Positions 41,839 through 52,515 are shown, counted from the first letter of the stretch. The stretch is 64,000 nt of DNA from a bacterium (GCA_965209155.1 OZ242383.1:3744001-3808000); one strand, 5' to 3'. A program made the numbers and translations. The notes: generated from the letters alone by a model not told the origin.

Positions 41839-43671
41839 ATGCAAAAAAGTAAAAGAGGAAAAATGCAATCATTGTTACTAACCCTCATCCTGATGGTCAG
41901 CACCCTCTGGGTCGCTTTGGCCGTCGCGGCTGAGAAGAAAATGGTGATGGACCCCACGACCGGGGAGATGGTGACCGCGCCGCAGTATGGCGGGACCTTG
42001 ACCTATGTCCATGCAGCAAACGTGACCCAGATTGACACCTACTACTGCTGCGGGGGGCCGTGGGTCATCGCCGGCGTCGTCGAGACGCTAGGCATGGCGG
42101 ACTGGGGAATAGATAGGAATGAATGGACCTTTCCCCCATCGTACCTGGATTCTAAAGTGATAAAAGGGCTGCTGGCGGAAAGCTGGGAAATTTCCCCGGA
42201 CGGCCTCACCTGGACCTTCCATATCCGTAAGGGCGTTCGCTGGCATAATAAGCCACCGATGAACGGGAGAGAGTTTACTGCTGCTGATGTCGAATACAAC
42301 TTTCACCGTATAATGGGAAACGAGTTAACAGGGACCGAGTTCAGTGAAGCCGAACCCGGGGTGTGGATGATGGCTTATGGGACGCTGCGAATGGAATCGA
42401 TAACAGCGACCGACAAATGGACGGTTGTTTTTAAGCTGAGCCAGTTTGACCTCAATGCGCTTGTGAATATCGCCACCACGTACAGTGGTTATATGTTTCC
42501 CCCTGAGGTAATCGAGGAATCAAGGACTGCTGAAGTGCCACAGGGCATTATTAAGAGAGCGGATTGGAGGAACCTGGTCGGCACCGGGCCCTATGAGATC
42601 ACGGACTGGGTCGAAGGCAGCTCTATAACCTATACCAAGAATCCTGACTACTGGGGCTACGACGAAAAATACCCGGAGAACCGCTTGCCCTATACTGACC
42701 AGGTAAGGAACCTGCTTATTCAGGAACCCGCAACAGTCGCGGCGGCACTGCGCACGGCTAAGATTGATATCATTAAGCACGATGGGGCCTATATGAATGT
42801 CGAATTTGCAGAGAGCATCAGGCGGACCAACCCCGAAATCAAGTTGTACAAGTGGGATTTTCGGTCGAACTACAGTTTGTCGGCTTATAATCCTTTCGTG
42901 CCGTCGCCACTTGACGACATTATGGTGCGCCACGCAATACAGATGGCACTGGACCTCGAGACCATTGTAAATACCTACTTTAAGGGTCACGGCAAGTGGA
43001 AACCTCAGGGGAAAGTAGGGGACAATATCATCGGCGGGTATAGAAACCCATTTGAAGAGTGGCCCGAGGAGGTCAAGCAATACTGGATCTATGACCCGGA
43101 AGGTGCCGAGAAGCTCCTTGATGAGGCCGGGTTTCCGCGCGGCGCCGACGGCGTTAGATTCTCGCTCCCCCTGGTACTCCGCTCTAACACTGATTTGGGC
43201 TATCTTGAAATAGTTAAAGCCTACCTTGCTGAGATTGGCATTGCTGGAGAGATTGAGACAGTAGACCGCCCTACTTGGATGGCTATGGCCGAGGAAGGTA
43301 CTTGGGGCGGGGGCGGGTTAGCGTTGCAGGGGTGGCATCTGGGCCTCGACTATCCCCCTACCAGCGCGTGCTATGCGCCCTCGAAATTTTACATGAAGCT
43401 TCCGGATGATCCGGTCCAAGAGGCAATGCATGAAGAGGTCATGGCCGCTACCACCCTTGAGGAGCAGGCGAGGCTGGTTAAAGCGTGCGAATGGCACCAG
43501 ATATTGAAGCACGAGCATATATGGGGTCCTAAAATTCCGCAGTTTTACGCGAGCCAGCCGTGGGTCATAGGTTTCAACGCTGAAGGCGGTCTGTCCGTCC
43601 AGAGCAATAATGTTGCCATCTTCGCCCGGCTCTGGATTGACCAGGAATTGAAGGACAAGAGCCAGTGGTAG
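41839..43671 (+). CDS. ABC substrate-binding protein family 5 (cassette 3)
   Basis: RBS AGGAGG; PQYGGTLT, KNPDYWGYDEKYPENRLPY; ORF open upstream to 41686. Confidence 0.9.
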   Translation: MQKSKRGKMQSLLLTLILMVSTLWVALAVAAEKKMVMDPTTGEMVTAPQYGGTLTYVHAANVTQIDTYYCCGGPWVIAGVVETLGMADWGIDRNEWTFPPSYLDSKVIKGLLAESWEISPDGLTWTFHIRKGVRWHNKPPMNGREFTAADVEYNFHRIMGNELTGTEFSEAEPGVWMMAYGTLRMESITATDKWTVVFKLSQFDLNALVNIATTYSGYMFPPEVIEESRTAEVPQGIIKRADWRNLVGTGPYEITDWVEGSSITYTKNPDYWGYDEKYPENRLPYTDQVRNLLIQEPATVAAALRTAKIDIIKHDGAYMNVEFAESIRRTNPEIKLYKWDFRSNYSLSAYNPFVPSPLDDIMVRHAIQMALDLETIVNTYFKGHGKWKPQGKVGDNIIGGYRNPFEEWPEEVKQYWIYDPEGAEKLLDEAGFPRGADGVRFSLPLVLRSNTDLGYLEIVKAYLAEIGIAGEIETVDRPTWMAMAEEGTWGGGGLALQGWHLGLDYPPTSACYAPSKFYMKLPDDPVQEAMHEEVMAATTLEEQARLVKACEWHQILKHEHIWGPKIPQFYASQPWVIGFNAEGGLSVQSNNVAIFARLWIDQELKDKSQW

Positions 43672-43689
43672 GCCGACTGGAAGTACTTA

Positions 43690-43715
43690 TGGACCGGGCA
43701 GGACTGCCCGGTCCA
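43690..43715 (+). terminator. stem-loop after binding-protein gene
   Basis: TGGACCGGGCAG-GA-CTGCCCGGTCCA perfect inverted repeat. Confidence 0.6.
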
Positions 43716-43769
43716 CTCTAGGATACCCCGCGTTTCCCTGCCAATATCAAAAATGATGAGGTGTGCGAG

Positions 43770-44783
43770 ATGAGAGCCTATATCATCAGGCGGATATTAC
43801 TGATCATCCCCACCCTGTTTATCCTGAGCATCATCGTCTTTCTCTCGGTGCGCTTCATCCCGGGCGATGCAATAAACGTAATGGTGGGAATGCTGGTGTC
43901 AGAGGAGTACCTGGGGGGGGCATGGGAGATTGACCGTGAAGCTCTTGAGCGTATGCTGGGACTGGACGTGCCTGTCTACGTGCAGTATGGACGCTGGATA
44001 GGAGTGTTGCCGACCCCTGACTGGCTTACCGGTGAGTCCCACTTTAAAGGTCTCCTCCAGGGCAGCCTTGGCACGTCACTGTTTGGCCAGTGGGCGGTAG
44101 AGGAGAAGCTAATAGGTAGATTGCCGGTAAGCCTCGAGCTTGGTGTCCTGTCCATCGTCATCGGGTTGGTGATCGCGCTGCCCGTCGGCATCTACTCGGC
44201 GATTCGCCAGGATACCGCCACCGACTACGTGGGGCGCTCCGCGGCCATCATCGGCATGGCCACTCCCAACTTCTGGCTGGCCCTGATGGTGATGATCTTC
44301 CCGGCGATCTGGTGGGGTTGGTCGCCCCCGATGGAGTGGGTTCCTTTCACCGAAGACCCGCTGGGCAATCTCGGGATTCTCATCATTCCCAGCCTGATTC
44401 TGGGGACGGCTATGTCTGCCACCACCATGCGGATGACGCGCACCATGATGCTGGAGGTGCTCCGGCAGGATTATATCCGCACCGCCTGGTCCAAGGGGCT
44501 CCGGGAGCGGATCGTGGTGATAAGACACGCCATTAAAAATGCCCTCATCCCGGTCGTGACCCTGATCGGCATGCAGTTGCCACTCCTGATCGGGGGCTCG
44601 GTGATCATGGAGAACATCTTTACCCTGCCGGGGATAGGCGATCTCTTGCTGAATGCACTCAAACTCAGAGACTACCCGGTGGTCTCCGGAGTGAACATGT
44701 TTTACGCCTCTCTCGTGATGGTGATCATTCTCCTGACCGACCTGATTTATCCCTATTTGAACCCCAGGGTGCGGTATCAATAG
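43770..44783 (+). CDS. ABC permease DppB-like (cassette 3)
   Basis: RFIPGD, QDYIRTAWSKGL; near-identical to 49822-50832. Confidence 0.92.
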   Translation: MRAYIIRRILLIIPTLFILSIIVFLSVRFIPGDAINVMVGMLVSEEYLGGAWEIDREALERMLGLDVPVYVQYGRWIGVLPTPDWLTGESHFKGLLQGSLGTSLFGQWAVEEKLIGRLPVSLELGVLSIVIGLVIALPVGIYSAIRQDTATDYVGRSAAIIGMATPNFWLALMVMIFPAIWWGWSPPMEWVPFTEDPLGNLGILIIPSLILGTAMSATTMRMTRTMMLEVLRQDYIRTAWSKGLRERIVVIRHAIKNALIPVVTLIGMQLPLLIGGSVIMENIFTLPGIGDLLLNALKLRDYPVVSGVNMFYASLVMVIILLTDLIYPYLNPRVRYQ

Positions 44784-44825
44784 TCGCTGGCGCGACATAG
44801 GTATTCGGTGTTAACCAGGAAAACG

Positions 44826-45377
44826 GTAGGGCCGGGTAACGTCCCGGCCAAAACATGAGCATTAGAGAAATCATGCCCCATATTCCCCCACGTTAGGATG
44901 GTCACAATCAGTGGTATTATGTGACGGTGATCACTCAATAACGACAACTTCTCTTTGCGGATACGGACCCTTGTGAGATCTTAAAACAAGCGTTTCGTGA
45001 GGAACGAAAACACCATCCTTTCCGTTTAGCAGGCCTTGTTATTTTACCGGATCATTGGCATGCTTTGATTCGTCCGAATGACGGTGGGGTGATTGAAACC
45101 ATCGTGGGAAATATCAAAAAGAAAGCATGGTCTGATATTGCTGCCCCTCGCCCCACCATTTGGCAACCCCGTTTTTTGGATCACCGTATTCGTAATCAGG
45201 AAGATTTCGCTTATCATTTGGAATACATCCGATTGAATGCCATCAAGCATGGATATGCCGAATCTCCAGAAGAATATCAATGGTGTTTTATCCATCAACA
45301 CCCCTTTGGAAAATGAAACCCTGGTTTGAAAACGACAATAATTTAACGTTTTTGGCCGGGGCGTCACCCGGCCCTAC
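44826..45377 (+). mobile_element. REP-flanked RAYT unit, copy 1
   Basis: inverted GTAG-type REPs GTAGGGCCGGGTAACGTCCCGGCC (44826-44849) and 45354-45377. Confidence 0.85.
44855..45316 (+). pseudogene. REP-associated tyrosine transposase (RAYT), inactivated
   Basis: copy of the 50904 gene with two premature stops (TGG>TAG, AAA>TAA). Confidence 0.85.
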
Positions 45378-45477
45378 CGCAATGATGATAATGGTTGAAA
45401 TTAGGCTCAATCCCAGCAAACACCTTATACCTAAAAGCTATGTCGCGTGAACGACAAAATAAAAGGAACTAAAAAAT

Positions 45478-46075
45478 ATGACCGACACCTTAGAACAACC
45501 CTCCTCCATGCCTGGATCGTTTTCCCGGGACTGATCCTGTTGCTAACGATCATGTCCATCGTGGGGCCGGGATTCCCCAGATCATCCTGGTCCTGGGGAT
45601 TAGCGGAGGCATCGGCGGTTCCAGAATCATCAGAGGCGCCGTGATCGGCATTAAGGAGAATGATTACTTTCTGGCGGCAGAGGCGACTGGCAACCGAAGC
45701 GTGAGAACCCTGATCCGACATGTCGTGCCCAATATTATGCCGGTCATCATCATCGTTTTCAGCATCAGCATCGGAGGCCACATCCTCAGCCTGGCTTCGC
45801 TGAGCTTCCTCGGATTCTGGCTGCCCCCCGGCAGTCCTGACTGGGGAAGTTTGCTCAGCATAGAAGGGCGTCAGTACATGGAGCAGGCGCCCTGGTTGGC
45901 GCTCTGGCCGGGGCTGTGCCTGACGATGGTCGTTTTCAGCCTCAACATGTTCGGAGACGACATGCGGGACCTGCTTGATCTCCGGCTGCGGGGCGGTGAG
46001 GGCAGTTACGGCGCTACGACGAAGAAACGCAAACGAGGATTCCTGTCCCGGTTGATCAATCCTTTCAACGGCTAA
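45478..46075 (+). pseudogene. DppC-like permease (cassette 3), internally deleted
   Basis: relative to 51528-52499 lacks 373 bp (51560-51932 equivalent) and has a further 1-nt indel. Confidence 0.88.
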
Positions 46076-46288
46076 GCGCACGAAAGAAGGATCAATTTTT
46101 CTCGGAAACCTTCTAAAAGATCCTCAAATGGAAGGAGGCGGTCAAAAATATCAGAGGTTGCCACTTGGGAATCGAGCGTTCACGCATAGATCAAAAACGG
46201 ACGCAACGACAGATGTTTGGGGGTTTTAATTTTATCATCTTTTGCCTCACTTTCTCAATCACTGATTTGATTGAGGATAGGTGATTCT

Positions 46289-46687
46289 TTACCAAAGGCT
46301 TTGCGCATGCGCATATTTCAAAAGATTGTTATCTTTAGTCAAGATGGTCGCATTTTCCTCTCGAGCAGTGGCTACAATGATTTGATCAGCAGGATCATTA
46401 TGAAAAGGTTGGGGTAATACGGTTGAGCGGTAGGCAATCTTAAGAGAAAGAGGAATCAGCTGAATTTTGGGCATCTCCAAGGCCTGGGTTAACCAATCTT
46501 CAGGATTGCAGGAAATCCCAATTCTTCTTTTCTCCAGAAGTTTGCAGAATTCCCAGGGTGAAATCGCCGATAACAGCAGCGCTTCATATCCACTCGGTTC
46601 TGAAATCAAATGCTTGACCTTTGAAGAGAGCTGGTTGGGATTCAAATGCCACCAAATCCAAGTGTGGGTATCTAATAAATATTTCAT
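46289..46687 (-). CDS. vapC: VapC-family PIN toxin
   Basis: YLLDTHTWIWW, SAISPWE, HNDPADQIIVATA, LTKD. Confidence 0.88.
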   Translation of the reverse strand: MKYLLDTHTWIWWHLNPNQLSSKVKHLISEPSGYEALLLSAISPWEFCKLLEKRRIGISCNPEDWLTQALEMPKIQLIPLSLKIAYRSTVLPQPFHNDPADQIIVATAREENATILTKDNNLLKYAHAQSLW

Positions 46688-46917
46688 CAACCCACTTCCC
46701 ACATCTCTGCCCCCAAAGGAGAGACGATGTCTTCTTCAAATACCAAAGTATCGGCAAGACGACCTGGTTTCGTCAATGAGGTTTCCTCTCCATATGGCGT
46801 GATCTGGGCCAAAGGAATGCCCCTTTTTGTGATGATGATGCTTTCACGATTTTGAGCGACTTGAACCAGCACCTTCAACGCATGCGCTTTGAATTGGCTG
46901 ATGGCCATTGTCTTCAT
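46687..46917 (-). CDS. Phd/YefM-family antitoxin
   Basis: ISQFKAH, IIITKRGIPLA; TGATG coupling to toxin. Confidence 0.88.
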   Translation of the reverse strand: MKTMAISQFKAHALKVLVQVAQNRESIIITKRGIPLAQITPYGEETSLTKPGRLADTLVFEEDIVSPLGAEMWEVG

Positions 46918-47481
46918 AGCTCCTCTCCTTCCTTATCTAAAGCACTTGTATTTTGAGAAATGACTAAATTAATAGTACCCTGGTCATATATTATAGTCAA
47001 TCTCTAAAATGTAAAGAATAATCAACGAGCATGAACGCTATCACAAAAATAGGGCATTATCCCAGAGGAATTGCTTGTAAGATGAACAGGAATGTTTTCT
47101 CAATATATTACAAGAATTGCTGGAGCGTATGTCCGGTGAATCGTGTAGTTATCTCAAAATTCATACAGATTCAACCGGTGGAACGTCACCCCAGTCAAAG
47201 TAATCTTCCAACTCATAGCGCATGATAGCAGGGAGAGGAGGAGCCCTTTCGGTTACTTATTCAATATGACATTTCCGATTTGGCAACTCTCACCTTCAAG
47301 AAAAATTGGAGCATTTTCTATAAGTCTGTCCCAGGTTTCCAACTAAGGGGCTTCAATAGAAAAAGGGCAGGTAAATAATATCGTTCCAGGAAGGGCGGGA
47401 TTATCCAATTTTTTCAAGGACTGACACAGAGAAGAGCGAGGATCAGGTCCGGGACAAGCTTTACATGCTCCTCCTTAAACA

Positions 47482-47590
47482 GTAGGTCCGGTTGACGTCC
47501 CGGCCAAAACATTCGTATTAGAGAATCCATGCCCCTTATTCCCCCACGCTGGAATGGTCCCAATCAGTGCTAATCTTTAACGATGAACAC
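47482..47590 (+). pseudogene. degenerate third REP + RAYT 5' fragment
   Basis: GTAGGTCCGGTTGACGTCCCGGCCAAAAC...ATTAGAGAATCCATGCCCCTTATTCCCCCACGCTGG resembles 50875-50985. Confidence 0.75.
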
Positions 47591-47766
47591 CCACATTGAT
47601 CGATTGAACAATATCATGAGAAAACGTGAAAGCGATTGGTCTTCCCCTGGAATTTTTTTTCACCGATATTGAACTGAACGGCTTCTGACTGTCCCCGGAT
47701 TTGAGCAGATTTATTGTATTTTTAATTTTTTTTTGCGAATCCCGCATTTATTTTACATCAGGGGGT

Positions 47767-47794
47767 TGACATTTCATTTTATTGTGCTATAAGC
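47767..47794 (+). promoter_or_regulatory. sigma70-like promoter of cassette 4 (leader type B)
   Basis: TTGACA-N16-TATAAG. Confidence 0.55.
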
Positions 47795-47967
47795 ATGTCT
47801 TCGTTAAGTTGTTTTAATGAAAGAAGAGGGTTCCCGATCGATGGAACAGTATCGTGGGAGGACTTGAAAACGATCGATCCTCCCCGGGAATCATTTTTTA
47901 ATGATAACTAAACGGGTTTTCAGAGACCTGAATAGTTACGCAAAATTTAAGTAAAGTAGGAGGAATC

Positions 47968-49773
47968 ATGCAAAAAAGTAAAACAGGAAAAATGCAATCA
48001 TTGTTGTTAACTCTCATCCTGATGGTTACCACCCTCTGGGTCGGTTTGGCCGTCGCAGCTGAAAAGAAAATGGTGACCGACCCCACGACCGGGGAGATGG
48101 TGACCGCGCCGCAGTATGGCGGAACCTTGACCTATGTCCAACCAGGATATGAAGAGAACGAGATTGACGGTCCTGGGAGGGGAGGGACTTATTACATCGG
48201 GGGCGTTGTAGAGAAGCTGGGCATGGCTGACTGGGGAGCAGACAGGAGTAAATTGACATATTTTATCCCAGGAGGGTACTTCCCTTTAGATTTCGTAAAA
48301 GGGCAGCTGATGGAACGCTGGGAAATTTCCCCGGACGGCCTCACCACTACCATCCACATCCGCAAGGGCGTTTACTGGCACGACAAGCCCCCGATGAACG
48401 GTCGGGAGTTCGATGCCTACGATGTCGAATTCAACTTTCACCGTCTATTGGCCCTGGGCGAGTTCAGTGAAACCGAACCTCCCTGGCTTGTCTCTGTGAA
48501 GAGTCTCACCGGTGCACCGGAATCGGTAACGGCCACCGACAAATGGACGGTTGTTTTCAAGCACAAGCAGTTTAACCTCAATTGGATTCAGAATACCGTC
48601 ACCAACTGGTTTGCTAATATGATGCCCCCTGAGGTAATCAGGCGAGACGGCCAGATTAAGGTAGGGGATTGGAAGAACCTGGTCGGCACCGGGCCCTATG
48701 AGATCACGGACTTGGTCGAGGGCAGCTCGATAACCTATACCAAGAATCCTAACTATTGGGGCTACGACGAAAAATACCCGGAGAACCGCTTGCCCTATAT
48801 TGACGAGTTAAGGAACCTGCTTATTCGGGAACCGGCAACAGTCACGGCGGCACTGCGCACGGCTAAGGTTGATGCGATTATCACAGCTGCGTCCTATGCG
48901 AATATCGAATTTGCAGAGAGCATCAAGCGGACCAACCCCGAAATCCAGTTGCACAAGTGGGATTATCGGTCGAACCACAGTTTCGCCGTTACTAATGTTT
49001 TCGTGCCGTCGCCCTCTGACGACATCATGGTGCGCCACGCCATCCAGATGGCATTGGATCTCGAGACCATTAACGAGACCTACTTTTCCGGTCATGCCAA
49101 GTGGTTACCTCAGGGACGAATAGGGGACGGCATCGGCAGGGGGTATAGGAACCCCTTTGAAGAGTGGCCGGAGGAGGTCAAGCAGTACTACCGGTTTGAC
49201 CCGGAAGGTGCCGAGAAGCTCCTTGATGATGCCGGGTTTCCGCGCGGCGCGGACGGCGTTAGATTCACGCTCCCCATTTTAGAAATCTCAGCCTACAGCG
49301 ATAGGGGCTATCTTGAAATAGTTCAAGCCTACCTTAATGAGATTGGCATTGCTGCGAAGATCGAGGCAGTGGACCAAGCTACTTGGAGAGTTATAAACGG
49401 GGACAAGACTTGGGATGGGTTAAACTTTACGGCTATGGGCCTGGATTATCCCCCTGCCGGCATGTGTTATCAGCCCTCCACTGCGACATGGACTTCGGGG
49501 GCGAAGGGGCCTGATCCGGTTCAAGAGAAAATTGCTTTAGCCGTCCAAGCCGCTACCACCCTTGAGGAGGAGGCGAGGCTGGTTAAAGAGTGCGATATGC
49601 ACATGATAAAGAAGCACGAGGATATATGGGGTCCTAAAGTTCCGCAGTTTACCGCGGTGCAGCCGTGGGTCATAGGTTACAACGGTGAAGTCGAAGTGAA
49701 CAACCAGGACAGGACTTCTATCTACGCCCGTCTCTGGATCGACCAGGAGCTGAAGAAAGAAATGGGGCATTAG
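47968..49773 (+). CDS. ABC substrate-binding protein family 5 (cassette 4)
   Basis: RBS AGGAGG; PQYGGTLT, KNPNYWGYDEKYPENRLPY, LWIDQELKKEMG. Confidence 0.92.
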   Translation: MQKSKTGKMQSLLLTLILMVTTLWVGLAVAAEKKMVTDPTTGEMVTAPQYGGTLTYVQPGYEENEIDGPGRGGTYYIGGVVEKLGMADWGADRSKLTYFIPGGYFPLDFVKGQLMERWEISPDGLTTTIHIRKGVYWHDKPPMNGREFDAYDVEFNFHRLLALGEFSETEPPWLVSVKSLTGAPESVTATDKWTVVFKHKQFNLNWIQNTVTNWFANMMPPEVIRRDGQIKVGDWKNLVGTGPYEITDLVEGSSITYTKNPNYWGYDEKYPENRLPYIDELRNLLIREPATVTAALRTAKVDAIITAASYANIEFAESIKRTNPEIQLHKWDYRSNHSFAVTNVFVPSPSDDIMVRHAIQMALDLETINETYFSGHAKWLPQGRIGDGIGRGYRNPFEEWPEEVKQYYRFDPEGAEKLLDDAGFPRGADGVRFTLPILEISAYSDRGYLEIVQAYLNEIGIAAKIEAVDQATWRVINGDKTWDGLNFTAMGLDYPPAGMCYQPSTATWTSGAKGPDPVQEKIALAVQAATTLEEEARLVKECDMHMIKKHEDIWGPKVPQFTAVQPWVIGYNGEVEVNNQDRTSIYARLWIDQELKKEMGH

Positions 49774-49821
49774 TACTTGTGGACAGTCCCCCTTTGCCAA
49801 AGGGGGTAAGAGGAGTATCCC

Positions 49822-50832
49822 ATGAGAGCCTATATCATCAGGAGGTTATTGCTGATCATCCCCACCCTGTTCATTTTGAGCATCATCGTCTTTTTCTCGG
49901 TGCGCTTCATCCCCGGTGATGCAATTGACGTAATGGTGTCAATGATGCAATTGGACATGTTCGGGACGGGAGTCGAGATTGACCGTGAAGTTCTTGAGCG
50001 TATGCTGGGACTGGACGTGCCTGGCTACGTGCAGTATGGACGCTGGATAGGAGTGTTGCCAACCCCTGACTGGCTTACCGGTGAGTCCCACTTTAAAGGT
50101 CTCCTCCAGGGTAGCCTTGGCACGTCACTGTTTGCCCAGTGGGCGGTAGAGGAGAAGCTGATAGGTAGATTGCCGGTCAGCCTCGAGCTGGGTGTCCTGT
50201 CCATCGTCATCGGGATCGTGATCGCGCTGCCGGTCGGTGTGTACTCCGCCATTCGCCAGGATACGGCCGCCGATTACGTGGGGCGCTCCGCGGCCATCAT
50301 CGGCATGGCCACTCCCAACTTCTGGCTGGCCCTGATGGTGATGATCTTCCCAGCGATCTGGTGGGGTTGGTCGCCCCCGATGGAGTGGGTTCCTTTCTCC
50401 GAAGACCCGCTGGGCAATCTCGGGATTCTCATCATTCCCAGCCTGATTCTGGGGACAGCCATGTCTGCCACCACCATGCGGATGACGCGCACCATGATGC
50501 TGGAGGTGCTCCGGCAGGATTATATCCGCACCGCCTGGTCCAAGGGGCTCCGGGAGCGGGTCGTGGTGATAAGACACGCCATCAAAAATGCCCTCATCCC
50601 GGTGGTGACCCTGATCGGCATGCAGTTGCCACTCCTGATCGGGGGCTCGGTGATCATGGAGAACATCTTTACCCTGCCGGGGATAGGCGATCTCTTGCTG
50701 AATGCACTCAAACTCAGAGACTACCCGGTGGTCTCCGGAGTGAATATGTTTTACGCCTCCCTCGTGATGGTGATCATTCTCCTGACCGACCTGATTTATC
50801 CCTATTTGAACCCCAGGGTGCGGTATCAATAG
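49822..50832 (+). CDS. ABC permease DppB-like (cassette 4)
   Basis: paralog of 43770-44783. Confidence 0.92.
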   Translation: MRAYIIRRLLLIIPTLFILSIIVFFSVRFIPGDAIDVMVSMMQLDMFGTGVEIDREVLERMLGLDVPGYVQYGRWIGVLPTPDWLTGESHFKGLLQGSLGTSLFAQWAVEEKLIGRLPVSLELGVLSIVIGIVIALPVGVYSAIRQDTAADYVGRSAAIIGMATPNFWLALMVMIFPAIWWGWSPPMEWVPFSEDPLGNLGILIIPSLILGTAMSATTMRMTRTMMLEVLRQDYIRTAWSKGLRERVVVIRHAIKNALIPVVTLIGMQLPLLIGGSVIMENIFTLPGIGDLLLNALKLRDYPVVSGVNMFYASLVMVIILLTDLIYPYLNPRVRYQ

Positions 50833-50874
50833 TCGCTGGCGCGACATAGGTATTCGGTGTTAACCAGGAAAACG

Positions 50875-51427
50875 GTAGGGCCGGGTAACGTCCCGGCCAA
50901 AACATGAGCATTAGAGAAATCATGCCCCATATTCCCCCACGTTGGGATGGTCACAATCAGTGGTATTTTGTGACGGTGATCACTCAAAAACGACAACTTC
51001 TCTTTGCGGATACGGACCCTTGTGAGATCTTAAAACAAGCGTTTCGTGAGGAACGAAAACACCATCCTTTCCGTTTAGCAGGCCTTGTTATTTTACCGGA
51101 TCATTGGCATGCTTTGATTCGTCCGAATGACGGTGGGGTGATTGAAACCATCGTGGGAAATATCAAAAAGAAAGCATGGTCTGATATTGCTGCCCCTCGC
51201 CCCACCATTTGGCAACCCCGTTTTTTGGATCACCGTATTCGTAATCAGGAAGATTTCGCTTATCATTTGGAATACATCCGATTGAATGCCATCAAGCATG
51301 GATATGCCGAATCTCCAAAGGAACATCAATGGTGTTTTATCCATCAACACCCCCTTTGGAAAATGAAACCCTGGTTTGAAAACGACAATAATTTAACGTT
51401 TTTGGCCGGGGCGTCACCCGGCCCTAC
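50875..51427 (+). mobile_element. REP-flanked RAYT unit, copy 2
   Basis: inverted GTAG REPs at 50875-50898 and 51404-51427. Confidence 0.85.
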
Positions 51428-51500
51428 CGCAATGATGATAATGGTTGAAATTAGGCTCAATCCCAGCAAACACCTTATACCTAAAAGCTATGTCGCGTGA
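50904..51500 (+). CDS. REP-associated tyrosine transposase (RAYT, HUH Y1)
   Basis: WYFVTV, VILPDHWH (HUH), WQPRFLDHRIR, YIRLNAIKHG; one extra C near 51350 reads past the stop used in copy 1. Confidence 0.88.
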   Translation: MSIREIMPHIPPRWDGHNQWYFVTVITQKRQLLFADTDPCEILKQAFREERKHHPFRLAGLVILPDHWHALIRPNDGGVIETIVGNIKKKAWSDIAAPRPTIWQPRFLDHRIRNQEDFAYHLEYIRLNAIKHGYAESPKEHQWCFIHQHPLWKMKPWFENDNNLTFLAGASPGPTAMMIMVEIRLNPSKHLIPKSYVA

Positions 51501-51527
51501 ACGACAAAATAAAAGGAACTAAAAAAT

Positions 51528-52499
51528 ATGACCGACACCTTAGAACAACCTTCCTCCATCAGTGAGCCCAAGCGACGGGGCCGACTGGCGGAATTCTTGA
51601 TCAGGCTGGTCAGGGAGAAGCCGCTGGGTACTGTCTGCGGGATGATCATCTTGATCTGGATTTTTGTGGCGATCTTTGCCGATGTGCTGACCCCTTATCC
51701 CCCTGATAAAATCCACTTGAGAGACCGGTTTCAGGGCTCATCCGCCCAGTATCTCCTGGGGACCGACCACATCGGGCGAGACCTCTTGAGCCGCCTGATC
51801 CTGGGGGGGCGTCTTTCCATCCTGATCGGTCTGTCCATCACCGCGCTCAGTACGGTGATCAGTACCCTGATCGGCGGCACTTCCGGATTCATTGGGGGTA
51901 AGTTTGACATTATAGTGCAGAGGGTTGTCGATGCCTGGATAGTTTTCCCGGGACTGATCCTGTTGCTAACGATCATGTCCATCGTGGGGCCGGGGATCCC
52001 CCAGATCATCCTGGTCCTGGGGATAAGCGGAGGCATCGGCGGTTCCAGAATCATCAGAGGCGCCGTGATCGGCATTAAGGAGAATGATTACTTTCTGGCG
52101 GCAGAGGCAACTGGCAACCGAAGAATGAGAACCCTGATCCGTCATGTCGTGCCCAATATTATGCCGGTCATCATCATCGTTTTCAGCATCAGCATCGGAG
52201 GCCACATCCTCAGCCTGGCTTCGCTGAGCTTCCTCGGATTCGGTCTGCCCCCCGGCAGTCCGGACTGGGGAAGTTTGCTCAGCATAGAAGGTCGTCAGTA
52301 CATGGAGCAGGCGCCTTGGTTGGCGCTCTGGCCCGGGCTCTGCCTGACGATTATCGTCTACTCCCTCAACATGTTCGGCGATGCCCTCAGGGACCTGCTC
52401 GATCCCCGGCTGAAGGGCGGTGAGGGCAGCTATGGTACCGCAATGGTGAAACGTAAACGAGGATTCCTCTCCAGACTGATCAACCCCTACAAATGGTAA
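51528..52499 (+). CDS. ABC permease DppC-like (cassette 4)
   Basis: LGTDHIGRD, LSFLGFG, GDALRD. Confidence 0.92.
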   Translation: MTDTLEQPSSISEPKRRGRLAEFLIRLVREKPLGTVCGMIILIWIFVAIFADVLTPYPPDKIHLRDRFQGSSAQYLLGTDHIGRDLLSRLILGGRLSILIGLSITALSTVISTLIGGTSGFIGGKFDIIVQRVVDAWIVFPGLILLLTIMSIVGPGIPQIILVLGISGGIGGSRIIRGAVIGIKENDYFLAAEATGNRRMRTLIRHVVPNIMPVIIIVFSISIGGHILSLASLSFLGFGLPPGSPDWGSLLSIEGRQYMEQAPWLALWPGLCLTIIVYSLNMFGDALRDLLDPRLKGGEGSYGTAMVKRKRGFLSRLINPYKW

Positions 52500-52515
52500 G
52501 CGCACCAAAAAAACC

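Noticed and set aside
47000..47480. Short ORFs in the spacer after the Phd gene
   Set aside because: No recognisable motifs or RBS; could be decayed sequence but I cannot assign it
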